From Octopus vulgaris (taxonomy: Eukaryota): a stretch of DNA of 64,000 nt. The position numbers and the translations under genes are program-made. Each line of letters opens with the position of its first letter. The first letter of the stretch is position 1. Where the stretch lies: positions 7,254,001 through 7,318,000 of the forward strand of contig OX597830.1 in NCBI GenBank assembly GCA_951406725.2, given 5' to 3'. The notes beneath the pieces are model-generated. The model was not told the origin of the DNA and did no database searches. It saw only the letters and a list, made by a program, of their open reading frames with translations. Shown piece after piece: positions 12,355 through 24,464 of the stretch.

Positions 12355-12708
12355 TGGTATATATATATATATATATATATATACAATAGCAATGGTATAA
12401 TACCATTGCTATTGTGTAGTGGTTTAATAAAGTATTGAATGGGTATTATCTGATAGTTGATGATTGATTTAGATATATTTCTCCATTTTCTCAATTTGTA
12501 TTATTAATTTACGGTAAAAATAATTTTACCTTTGCCCACATAATACAGTAGATGAATTAAATGAATCGCAATTTTTAACATTTATGTTTTAGCTTTGTTG
12601 GGTACTTCTCTAGCAGTATATTGGATATATGTTATCCCATGGAGGGTTTAATTTACAACCCCTATCTCATTTTATATATATATATATAATAATTATTATT
12701 ATTATTAC

Positions 12709-12768
<60 letters not shown>

Positions 12769-12781
12769 AGGAAGAAATTCA

Positions 12782-12841
12782 TAGCCTTACAGCTGTTTCT
12801 GAGATATCCTCGAGTATGGAATATTCCATCATCAGAGACAA
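12782..12841 (-). ncRNA. Minimal type I hammerhead ribozyme (Penelope-type)
   Basis: Reverse complement: GUCU-CUGAUGA-[UGGAAUAUUC/GGAUAUCUCA stem II]-GAAA-C-AGCU-G-UA^AGGC. Core intact, 4-bp stem I, palindromic loop III. Confidence 0.7.
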
Positions 12842-13039
12842 ACTGGGGTGTGGGGGAATATGAAAAATGAGAATGGTATATATCAATAAGATAAGATAGA
12901 GGAAGGGAGTAAAAGAATAACGAGATGGAAAGAGAGAAGAAAGAGACAAGCGGCATAAAAGTTCTTAGTTCAACTTTCCAACTTAGTATATATATGTATA
13001 TAAAGTAGTTTTGGTGAAGCATTGTGAGATATAACTGTA

Positions 13040-13420
13040 AAGAAGGTTGTTGTTTAAGGTCGAGACAAGGCTTGAAGGTACCAATTAAACTAGAAAACGA
13101 ACAGAAAACCCAGAATTTCATAGTTTCCATCAAGGCAACACAACGCAACCGGGACAATCGCAGAATTATGGGGGAAAGGTCAGAAAGTTAGCCAGCCATG
13201 TGTAGGCTTTGAAAGATAATGAAATGCCATATACGATTAAATGGAAAATAATTGAAAAATCCAGGCCTTATGAGAATGGATCAAAGAAACAGGCAATGCT
13301 TAGCTGACAGGGCACAGATACTGTTCAGATCAAAAATCCCCAACTCAATATTGAAGTCAAAGTCTGAAATGTTCAGTAGTTGCAGACACATACAAAAATA
13401 TACTTTGTAGAACTGGACGA
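13040..13420 (+). mobile_element. Penelope-like element, C-terminal GIY-YIG endonuclease region, decayed
   Basis: LASHV*ALKDNEMPYTIKWKIIEKSRPYENGSKK...ILKSKSEMFSSCRHIQKYTL matches the PLE C-terminal pattern LSxHIWxLK...IKW...PY.NG.K.C...LNKRSE..S.CRH. Confidence 0.8.
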
Positions 13421-13999
13421 TCCCACCCTTTGATTTGACACCCCAAGCCCAATCTTATTATTCAAAGACTAAGGAAATTAGATTGCTTACTGTTATAGTT
13501 TTTCTCCCCTTTATTTTGGTATTTCTTTCGGTTTATTTTTTATCCTTTATAATTTTTATAAATTTTTACATTCCCGACATTTCTTACATTTATACTTCTC
13601 CATTTTTACTTCATATTTTATGCATTTACTTTTCACATACATTTTTATTCTCCGTACACAATTTACATTTAATTTCATACATTATTTACATTTACGTCAA
13701 GTCTACTGTTTTCGTTTTCCGGTTAGAAGTTAGGATTTTCTATATGCTACCATTTTTTCACGTTTTTATTTTTACGAGTATTCTCACGTCCCACGCCAGT
13801 TCTCAGTTCAACACGAAGCGTGGTCTGCGAATGAAAGAACGTGTTTGGATTTTCAGACACCTGAAACTATTAGTTGGACCCGAAGGTATGTATTATGTCC
13901 CTAAATAGAAATATTTGACTCTCACCGGATGGAGTGCTCTCTCTGATACCACGAACCAATACATTACATGTGTGTGTGTATGCGTATATATATATATAC

Positions 14000-14030
<31 letters not shown>

Positions 14031-14052
14031 TGTATGTATGTATGTATGTATG

Positions 14053-14215
14053 AATATTCTCCCAAAGAGACTGAGGAACTTGCACAAAGTAGATGTAGGG
14101 GTTTTTAAATCAAAGCTGGACCTCTTCCTGTCGAGAATCCCAGATGAACCTACCTCACGGCAAGAGGTGCAAATGAGGGTAGCTATATCAAACTCCATGC
14201 TTCACCAAGTGGCAC
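14053..14215 (+). mobile_element. CR1-clade LINE ORF2 C-terminal fragment
   Basis: NILPKRLRNLHKVDVGVFKSKLDLFLSRIPDEPTSRQEVQMR is homologous to 52990-53150 in this window. Confidence 0.85.
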
Positions 14216-14404
14216 ACACTAGAGAGAAATATAAATATATATATATATATATATATAAGATCCAAGGGTCAAGGTGTAGGAAGAAAGTTAGCTTCAAGCA
14301 ATCCCTAGTAAATATAAGAAACCACATTCAGGGATATTTATCTCTTCTGAGGTTTCACTCGCTATAAAACATATTTAGCCCGGATGTTATCTAATCCATT
14401 CCTT

Positions 14405-14596
14405 AAATCCTTTCTACTAAGGGTACTGAAATACTGGGGGAGGAGACTAGTCGATTACATCCACCCCAGTGTTTCACTGGTACTTAATCTATTGACCCCG
14501 ATAGGATGAAAAGCAAAGTCGACCTCGGCGGAATTTGAACTCAGAAAGCAGAGGGGTACTAAATGCGTGCTAACGAGTCTGCCAGCTCACCGCCTT
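14405..14596 (-). mobile_element. SINE family A
   Basis: GGATGAAAAGCAAAGTCGACCTCGGCGGAATTTGAACTCAG...TCTGCCAGCTCACCGCC. Confidence 0.85.
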
Positions 14597-14710
14597 CTAA
14601 AAATATTCATAATAATAATAATAATAACCCTGTGGGTGGGAACCAAGTTTCTTAACACACAGCCACGCCTCTGCCTATATTTATAAACAAGTATGCATGT
14701 ATTTCTAAAC

Positions 14711-14761
<51 letters not shown>

Positions 14762-15141
14762 GAGAGAGGGGGGAGGGAAAAAGCGAGAGAGAGGGGAGGG
14801 AGAAAGCGAGAGAGAGAGAGATAGTAAGAGACATAGATACATACATATACGTATTGATAAATAGAAAGAAAGATAAATCGTTGCATTCATCCGTTAATAT
14901 ATACACAGAATTGTGTATATGAATATTTTGTTTGATACGTTGACATGCAGTAAGGAGGTAAAGATGACTGGTTTGAGACGAATGTTTGTGATGCTAACCA
15001 TTGCGAAATACCAGCGTCCTGTTGCCATTTGTAAAATTAGTGCTAAAGTCAAAAATGTCAGCCAAGACCTCAAGCTCTTGGAGAATAATAGCTATCACTT
15101 GCTGCCAGAACATGTTGCTCCAACATAATACATGCCCGGTG

Positions 15142-15178
<37 letters not shown>

Positions 15179-15849
15179 TATATATATATATATATATATG
15201 TATATACATATATAAACATACATATGTGTATATATACATACAAACATTCATATATATATATATCTACATAAATATATTTCTACTTATAAATATATATGTT
15301 TATATATGTATATTATATATATATATATATATATACGTACATATACGTATATATAAATATACGTATATATATATACATGTATATATATATATATGCATAC
15401 ATATATACATATATGCATACATATATATATACATACACACACGGTGTGTACATGGGTAAATATATGTATATATATATATATATATATGCATGTATATGTG
15501 TATATATATATACATACATATATATATATATGTGTGTGTATATATGTATGTATGAATGTATATATAAGTCCACACATGTATGTGTATACATATACACTGT
15601 ATGTATATAAATACTTGTGTACACTATGCACCACATATACATGCACACACGCACACACACACAACGCAGCCCATACACAAACTCATATATATATAAGCGC
15701 ACTCAAACACTCGTTCATTTAAGTGTGTAAACATAAATGTAATTTAGTAAAATGCAGTAATGAAACCTTCCTTTTCTCTGTTAGAGAGAAAATAAGTAGA
15801 ATATAAATAACACCGCAATATAAACAACAATAACCAAAACAATAGCATC

Positions 15850-15913
<64 letters not shown>

Positions 15914-17220
15914 TCTGTATTGTGAGTAACGTTGCGGCACACCCATTTAGCTATGGAGCCTCGGAATTTATAACAGGCGACATTCTGTTTTAGTTTTTTT
16001 TTATGTGCAGCATGAGGTAAAGTAATTGCGACAGCGAATAAATGCAGATGTTATGGTGTTCATGCATTTCCCAAGACACGTCACCAAAATCATTTCGTGA
16101 ACTCCAGGAATTGTATAATCAAAGATGTCACATCCGATCCAAAACAGAAAAAGGCCACAACACATGCCGACACCATTTCGTGTTTTGATAGTTGCTATGA
16201 GCCTGAAATTATCAACGACTGACCATATTTGTCGAATTACACTTTGGAATGTCGCAGAATGTACTAAATCAGTTTTAAAAACTAGGCACTGAGTTCCATG
16301 TAATTCTTCCAGATGTTGCATAGAAGAATTTTCTCCACGAGTCGTAAAGCGCTACAGCTAACAAATGTTTGAAGGACACAAGGAAAAACTCTGTAGCTAA
16401 ATCATTGCGCACATTCCCTTTTCACATTCCCTGTTTCACGAGCTTGTTTATTTGCTCAGGGCAACCTGTAATTGTTATTGCTATGTGTTGCTTCCACACT
16501 GGTCATCGTTCATCCAAATATCCGTCACAAACATTAGTCTGTTGTAGGTGGTACTTGCAAAAGACAAAGCCACCCCCAACTACAAATGCGATGGCAAAAT
16601 ATCCAGAATTATCATTTTCCTTGCTTTTATCGAAAATATCATTATTCTACTCTCACTTGGAGGATCCACAATACAGCTTGTACCGAAAACAGACTTAACC
16701 ACTTTTAAGTCATCTCTCCAAATTTTCCATAAAATTCAGAACCGAAACTTACAAAGTTTAGTATAAGAATACTGCGGTCAGTGATGTGTCTTATTTACAG
16801 ACACAATAGTAAATAAAATATTTTTGTACTTTGCTGTAAAATGTTAGCTTTCGTTTTACTGATTTTATTTTGTTTAAATTGTGTTTATTTTGATGTTTGT
16901 TTTGGTAGGTGTTCCACCTCGCTATTTTGTGTAAGTTATACAGGCAAAATGGAATAAAAAAGCTGCCGATCATCAAACTCTTATTTCTTTCTTTATTTAT
17001 TTTTGGGCTTGTTTATTTATTTGCTTCAAGCACTTTAGTGGAAACTTTGAAAATATTCCAAAATTATATGTTGTACGAAAAAAAATTAAAACAAAATATC
17101 TTTTTAATCAGGTGTAAATATCCATCAGAACAAGTAGACAACAATGAAGGGATGAACAATCAATGAATCAACCAGTCAGTCAATCAATTAATCAGTCAAT
17201 CAATCAATCAATAAATAATC

Positions 17221-17260
<40 letters not shown>

Positions 17261-18130
17261 TAGGTACAAGGCCTGAAATTACATCGACCTCAGTACTTAA
17301 CTAGGATTTATTTTATCGACCCCAAAAGAACGAATGGAATATTTGACCTTTGTTGAATTTGAAGCCATAACGTAAAACCCGGAAGACATGCAGCACAGCG
17401 GTTTGTCCGACACGCTAACGATTCTGCCAGCTCACCGCCTTACCTTCAGTTTTTGGCACAGGGACAGAAGTTTTTGATGGGAGGGAATAATCGATCTTTT
17501 CAGCTCCACTACATGTCTAGTAATAATTCTATCGGCCCCCGAAACAGTGTTGATCTCGGCAGCCGAATTTGAACTTGGATTTCTGGGCTCAAAAGGATTT
17601 TTTTTTTCTTTTCGAAAGGATCTTAGGTCCTTCATAAGCCATGGGCTCATAAATCCATTTCCCGGATCATGTGGTGTATATTTACTCTACCCCTGGACAG
17701 GACCCAGGTCAGTCGCAGGACGTGTTGAATGGTTTTGCTCAAGAACATAACATATCACCCAGTTCAGGAATCGAAGCCGCAATGTTGTGATCATGCTTCT
17801 CATTTAAGTACATATCCAGCAATTTTAGTGGGGAGGGGGTAAGCCGACTACATTGATTCTAGTACTCCACTGGTACTTTATTTTATTGACCCCTGTTGGA
17901 TAAAAAGAAAAGCTGACCTTCACCATCAGCTTTTGAGCCCAGAAATCCAAGAGCCTGAAAAAATATTGTAAGGAATTTTGTCCGATGGTTTAATGGTTGT
18001 TCTGGCTTACCATTTTGCCCATAAATGTTTCTAAGATACAAAGCCTGAAATTTTGAGGAATAGGTTAGTCTGTTATACCAGTTCTAGTACTTGAAGAGTA
18101 CAAAACGAGTACTTTATTTCCAACGACCCT
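17261..18130 (-). mobile_element. Cluster of about four degenerate SINE A copies
   Basis: Repeated tail/core motifs at ~17261, ~17452, ~17810 and ~18030 (ACAAGGCCTGAAATT, TTTTATCGACCCC, GAATTTGAA). Confidence 0.7.
17620..17795 (-). mobile_element. V-SINE-like fragment inserted in the SINE A cluster
   Basis: Reverse complement: GCTTCGATTCC (B box)...GTTCTTGAGCAA...CCTGCGACTGACCTGGGTCCTGTCCAGGGGTAGAGTA...TATGAGCC, resembling the V-domain. Confidence 0.5.
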
Positions 18131-18328
18131 TCTTTCCGTTGTTGCTGTTGTTGTTGTCGTTGTTGTTATTCTCCTTCATCTTCTTTTTCTTCTTCTTCTT
18201 TTACTACAACTATCATCCCCACAACAAAAACAACAACAAATGGTACTACTACTACTACTACTACTGTTCCTTCTTGTTCTCGACAAATTGTAATTTTTCT
18301 GTTATATGATTTGACACTTCTTTGGTAC

Positions 18329-18720
18329 AATGGTTAATGAATGATGGCCGATGACTGATATCAGGTGTTTAATGATTGATGGTAGCTAGTCGATGGATGA
18401 TGGTTGATTCTTGCTGTTTGATGTTTACTGACTGATGAATGATGATTGATACGTGATGGTTACTCGTTGGTGATTGATTAATGACGATTGATGCTTAACG
18501 GCTGATGGTAAGCGATTGATGATTAAAGATAGTTGGTTGACAGATTATGCTTAATGTTTGATATTTGACGTTTGATGGGTGAAGAATGCTGATTCACTCC
18601 TGATGGTTAATCATTGAGGATTGATAAATCGTTGGTTAATCGTTGATGGTTAATGCTTGAAGGTTGATGGTAGATATTTGGATAAATGGTTAAATTGTAA
18701 AATGGCTGAATATATGGTTA
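18329..18720. repeat. Degenerate 7-bp tandem repeat (consensus ~TGATGGT)
   Basis: TGATGGT/TGATGAT/TAATGCT/TAATCGT units in 7-nt register over about 390 bp. Confidence 0.7.
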
Positions 18721-19047
18721 GACGGTTACTTAAAACAAACGGTAGGTTAGGAGCTACGATGGAGCAAAGCGGTGGCGATGCTGGCGAGTGGCAGTGATGG
18801 TAAAAGAGGTGGGGGTGCGAGGGGGAGGGGTAACTCCAGAACTCTACAAAATGTCATTCATTTGTTCTAATACAACTTGTAACCTTTCAGCAAAAACAAT
18901 AACAAAAACAACAAACTTTGAGGATTCAAGACATTTTTCATATTTTTTTTTATTTATGGTACTTTTTTGTTTACTATTTTATTTCCCCCATCCCTCCATC
19001 CAAACAGTTTTTTTTAGTAATTTTTGCATTTTATTGTTGTTTTTTTC

Positions 19048-19079
<32 letters not shown>

Positions 19080-19732
19080 ATGAGCGTGTGCGCGCAAGTG
19101 TGTGTGTGTGTGATTTTAGTGCCGAGGTGCTTTTGTATGTATGTGTGTCTGTATATATGCTTATGTATGTATGTGTGCATTGTATGTATGTATGTATGTA
19201 TGTATGCATGCATGCCTTTTTATATGTATGTGTATGTGTGTGTGATTTTGGTGCGAATGCTATGTATGTATGTATGTGCCTGTGTGCCTGTGTATGTGTG
19301 AATGTGTGTTTCATATTCGTGTGTATGTGTGTGTGTATGTGTCTTTATGTTTGTGTATGTCTATGCGTATGTGTGTATTGTAACGTACAGTGTATGTGTC
19401 CATGTATGATTGAGTGTGCGCACATATATGCGTTTTTATATTTGTGTATGTGTGTGGTTATTTGTGTACTGTATTTGTGTATGTGTGTGTTTCATGCGTG
19501 TCTATGCGTCTTTATGACCGTGTATGCATATGTTTGTGTGTGCGCTATAGTGTACATTGTGTGTGTGAGAGACAGTGTATTTCTATGTATGTATGTATGT
19601 ATGTATGTATGCATGCATGCATGCATGTATGTATGTATGTATGTATGTATGTATGTATGTATGTATGTATGTATGTATGCAAGTGATGTCAGTGTAAGCG
19701 CATGCGTTGTCTGAGTAAGTTCATATGTAACA

Positions 19733-20105
19733 AGCGCTGGCGTCGCTGTGTGGTAAGAATCTTGCTTCCCAACCACATGGTTCCGGGTTCAGACCCACTG
19801 CGTGGAGCCTTGGGCATGAGTTTTCTACTATAGCCACAGGCCGACCAAAGGTTTGTGAGTGGATTTGATAGACGGAAACTGAAAGAAGCCCTTCTTGTAT
19901 ATACATATGTGTGCGCGTATGTGTGTGTGTGCCTTGTTCTGTGCTCATTTGTGTCCGGTTTTGTCCCCACCACCGCTGAAAGACCGGTGTTGGTGTGTTA
20001 GGAGTTCGACAAAAGAGGTGGATAAATTAAGTACTAGGGTTAAAATTTTTGAAGGTGGTACCCCAGCATGACCGGAGTTTAATGACAAACAAATAAAGGA
20101 TAAAA
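19733..20105 (+). mobile_element. SINE family B, near full length
   Basis: GCTGTGTGGTAAG...GGTTCCGGGTTCAG...AGACGGAAACTGAAAGAAGCCC...GAAGGTGGTACCCCAGCATG. Confidence 0.88.
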
Positions 20106-20440
20106 GGTAAAGACAGTGTGTTATGTAATGTGTATGTTCTTATGAGTGTGTTTTGTATGTGTGTGTGTGCGTGTGTGTGTATGTGTCTCTATGTGTGTTT
20201 GTTTGTGGATAGGTATCTTGCGTATTGTGTGCATGTGTGAGCTGTGTAACACATTTTTCTATAAGTGTATGTATGTGATTATTTGTTTGTGTGTGTGTGT
20301 GTGTGTGTATGTGTGTTGGGGGTATGTGTGTATACGTGTAACGTGGTGTGGGATACATTGTGTGTGTGTGTGTTGTATGCAGGTATGTGTATGTGTATCC
20401 GAATGCTCCTTTCTTATCATAGGTGTGTACGTGTTTATAC

Positions 20441-21076
20441 TGATTACAAATTTTGACACAAGGCCAGCAATTTTGAAGGGAAGGGACTAGTCGACTACAT
20501 CGACCCTCAGTGCTCAAATTGGTACTTATTTTATCGATCCTGAAAGGATAAAAGGCAAAGTCGACCTCGGCGTAATTTGAACCCAGAAAATAAAGACGGG
20601 TGAAATACCGCTAAGTACTTTGCCCGGCGTGCTAACGTTTCTTATTTCTTTATTGCCCACAAGGGGTTAAACATAGAGGGGACAAACAAGAACAGACAAA
20701 GAGATTAAGTCGATTACGTAACTGGTACTTAATTTATTGACCCCGAAAAGATGAAACGTGAAGTCGACCTCGGCGTAATTTGAACCCAGAAAATAAAGAC
20801 GGGTGAAATACCGCTAAGTACTTTGCCCGGCGTGCTAACGTTTCTTATTTCCTTACTACCCACAAGGGGCTAAACACAGAGAGGACAAACAAGGACAGAC
20901 AAACGGATTAAGTCTATTACATCGACCCCAGTGCGTAACTGGTACTTATTTAATCGACCCTGAAAGGATGAAAGGCAAAGTCGACCTCAGCGAAATTTGA
21001 ACTCAGAACGTAGCGGCAGACGAAATACTGCAAAGCATTTCGCCCGGCGTGCTAACGTCTCTGCCAGCTCGCCGCC
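20441..21076 (-). mobile_element. SINE family A trimer
   Basis: Three head/core units in tandem; the full head GGCGGCGAGCTGGCAG is present only in the unit starting at 21076. Confidence 0.92.
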
Positions 21077-22134
21077 TTTGTATGTGTATATGTTGATGTG
21101 TGTGAGTATATATATATATATGTGTGTTTCTGCGATGCTATGATTATTTATATAATCTTTGTGTGTGTATGTGTGAGCGTGTATGTGTGTGTAAGTGTAT
21201 ATTGTAATGTTTGTGTATGTATGTGCGTGCTTTTTGGTGCTTTCTGCTGTTGTGTAATTGTTTTTAAGTGTATGCATTCGTGTCCTTTGCTGTCGTCTTG
21301 TGTGTTGTATGTTGAAGTGCATGTATTTAAGTGTTTGTCATTATGTGTTTTGTGTTTTTGTATGAATATGCTGTTTAGTTTTATTATATGTTTTCAATAT
21401 AATTACGTCTGCAAGTCTCAAGGCCAAACCATTGTAGGAATCGAAGTTAAGCCATTGTTGGAGATTTAGGGTAGTGACAGAAAATAAGACCAAGACATCG
21501 CCAGAGAGACGTGACTTTGGATGGAACTAAAACCAAAACCATTTTTGAAGATATGGAATAGAGTCTAGAATGAAAACTAAAGCATTCTTGGAGAAAGATG
21601 GCAATGAATAGAATTAAAGCAAAAAACATCGTTGAAGAGATGAACAGTTTCACGATTTGGTGATCGTTCTTCAGAAAAGACGTAAGCGGCCTCCTTCGTT
21701 CATAGCAAACATCAGATGCTATATATATTTATATCATTCATGTTAAGCTTTGTATTGTAAGTTTATTCCATCTCTTCTGCTTTAACCAATGTTGTGAATG
21801 AACCGATATTATAAGACGTATGAAACGCTGCATCGTGAGACGGCGTCCCTCTGTTTTCTTCCCATCAGTATTATAGACTGGATGGGCTCATATTCCTATT
21901 TCACCCGCGGTGAGAATTATGGTATTTCAATTTCTTTAATTTTTGTACGTGGTTTGCAACATTTTTGATATGAAGCCGTGTGTTGAAACACATTTTATTG
22001 TATCATAGAGATGGTCATTCTGCTAATAAAAAACACACGCACTGGTTCTATTTCACTTCTTTATTATTTGCTCGTCAATTATATTGGTGAAAGAATTCTG
22101 TTGAATGCTTGGCATGGGACCAATGAAAGAGGAA

Positions 22135-22350
22135 GTTCTTTGCTGTTTGACCTGCTAGAATCTATAGCCTAATGTCTCTCAGATCACACTTTGTTGTTTA
22201 AAAGAAATGAAAGGAGGCATTAGGTTCTATAGTCCGCGGTGCACTTTGCCTGAAAAATTAAGGTTAGTGGTCGCGGCTAACATGCATTTGTTTATAGGTT
22301 TTCTTGAAAACGGCTGATTTGGGATAGGGAGGGACTACGCCAAAACAAGG
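22135..22350 (+). mobile_element. Degenerate SINE-like 3' segment, unclassified
   Basis: TTGACCTGCTAGAATCTATAGCCTAA...CTCAGATCACAC resembles a recurring repeat; a related TAGAAATAGCAGCCAAA is at ~47197. Recognition from memory only. Confidence 0.35.
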
Positions 22351-22530
22351 CATTTGGTTGTGCTTAGCAGAACATTATGACAAAGCAAGCTGATCATGGA
22401 CGACTCCATCTGTTTGCCGTCTCTTGAAGCTTACTGTCGGTTTCCATCATCAAGATGTGTGATGATGGAGTATTTTCTTAGCTCCGGAAGAAGGAAAGTA
22501 AATGTTATCAGATTTGAATATCTCAACATT

Positions 22531-22729
22531 GATTTAAAATTTTGGCACAAGGCCAGTAAGTTCGTGGAGGTGGTGGGGATGGGGTTTAGATCGATCCCAG
22601 TGCTTAACTGGTACTAATTATCTTCAACCTTGAAAGGATGAAAGGCAAAGTCAGCCTCAGTGAAATTTGAACTCAGAAGGTAAAGACGGACGAAATGCCA
22701 CTAAGCATATCGTCCGGCAGCGCGTCGCC
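22531..22729 (-). mobile_element. SINE family A
   Basis: GAAAGGATGAAAGGCAAAGTCAGCCTC...AATTTGAACTCAGAA. Confidence 0.85.
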
Positions 22730-22760
22730 TCTTTATATGTCAATATTGATAGAAGTTTAA

Positions 22761-23162
22761 TGAAGCGAACTGGCAGAAACGTTAGCATGCTGGGCGAAAT
22801 GCTTAGCGGTATTTCGTCTGTCATTACGTTCTGAGTTCAAATTCCGCCAAGTCCGCCTTTACCTTTCATCCTTTCGGGTTCGATAAATTAAGTACCAGTT
22901 ACGCACTGGGATCGATGTAATCGACTTAATCCGTTTGTCTGTCCTTGTTTGTCCTCTCTGTGTTTAACCCCTTGTGGGTAGTAAAGAAATAGGTATTTCA
23001 TCTGTCTTTATGTTCTGAGTTCAAATTCTACCGAGGCCGACTTCACATTTAATCTTTTCGGGGTCAATAAATTAAGTTCCAGCTGCATACTTGGGTCGAT
23101 CTAATCAACTGGCCCCCTAACCAAAAATTTCGGGCCTTGTGCCTTGAGTAGATAAGAATATT
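22761..23162 (+). mobile_element. SINE family A dimer
   Basis: Head GCGAACTGGCAGAAACGTTAGCA; second unit resumes at GGTATTTC (22992) and ends GGCCTTGTGCC...AGTAGA. Confidence 0.9.
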
Positions 23163-23229
23163 CTCAAAAGTTTAGATCAAAAAAAAAAACAACTAAAAAA
23201 CCTGCACCGAAGACTATTGGCCAATGATA

Positions 23230-24404
23230 ATAATGATTTGCATATCTGACGTCATCACCACTCCATTCACCACTTGTACCAGCACCACAACTAACACTAT
23301 CTCCAGTTACATAAACACTCAAGCTGACATTTGCAAAATATAATATTACCACTAATATTAATACCATCCCCAACCACTGTTATTACCCGTAATACCCTTA
23401 TACCAACCACCACCGCCACACCAGCAATATTCTACAGCAACATCACCATCACCATCGTCACTACCGTCACCGTCATCAATCCACCAGCACCACCATCACC
23501 ACTACCACCACCGTCACCACCACCACCACCATCGCCTCTACGACCATCACCACCGTCTTCATCACTACCACCACCACTACCACCACCATCACCATCACAA
23601 CCATCGCCACTACCTTCACAACCATCACCACTACCACCATGACCACCACCACCACCTTCGCCTCTACCACAACCCCACCACCATCACCATCACCACCACC
23701 ATCACCATTCATCCACTCACTTAACGAACTACACTAAATACTTCCACCAATACCACAATCCCCAACACAATCTCCCAATCCCATCGCCGTCTCCACCAAC
23801 ACTAACACAACTACAACACTACTGCAACCTATACTACATTCATATACTATGACCTATACTATATGTCATTATATGTCTAAGTGTGGTGAGTGGTGTGAGG
23901 GACTGTAACATAGACAACAATAACATATTTAGGGAGTGAAGGTCGTGACAGTAGTAGTGGTGGTGGGTTATGATAGCGGTGATGATTGTGGTGGCGGTCG
24001 TGGTCGTGGTGGTCGTGGTAGTAGTGGTGTTTGTGGAGGTTGTAGTGGCGATGGTTGTGGTGATGGCAGTTGTGATGGTGATTGTGGTAGTGGTGACGGT
24101 GGTGGTGATGATGATGATGGTGGCGGTGTTGCTGATGGTTGTGTTAGATGTGTTGGTGGTGACTGCGATGGCTGTTGTGGTGGTCGCAATTGTGGTAGTT
24201 GGATAATGAGGGTTGTAGTGGCGGTGGTGGTACTGGTAGTGATGGAGTGGTATTGTAGTGGTGTTGGAGATGTTGTTGATGGTAGTCGTGGTAATGATGG
24301 GAGCAGTGATGATGATGATGAGGAGGAGGACGTATTGATGGAGATGTTATTGTTATAGATATTAGGGTAGTCGTATTAGCAGCAGCAGCAGAAGCAGTTG
24401 CAGT

Positions 24405-24464
<60 letters not shown>

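Noticed and set aside
14930-15140. Unique-looking stretch with short ORFs in several frames
   Set aside because: No recognisable domain or convincing splice sites.
20441-21076. Repeat-spacer pattern reminiscent of CRISPR
   Set aside because: Units are ~200-bp SINE monomers without unique spacers; eukaryotic context and no cas genes.
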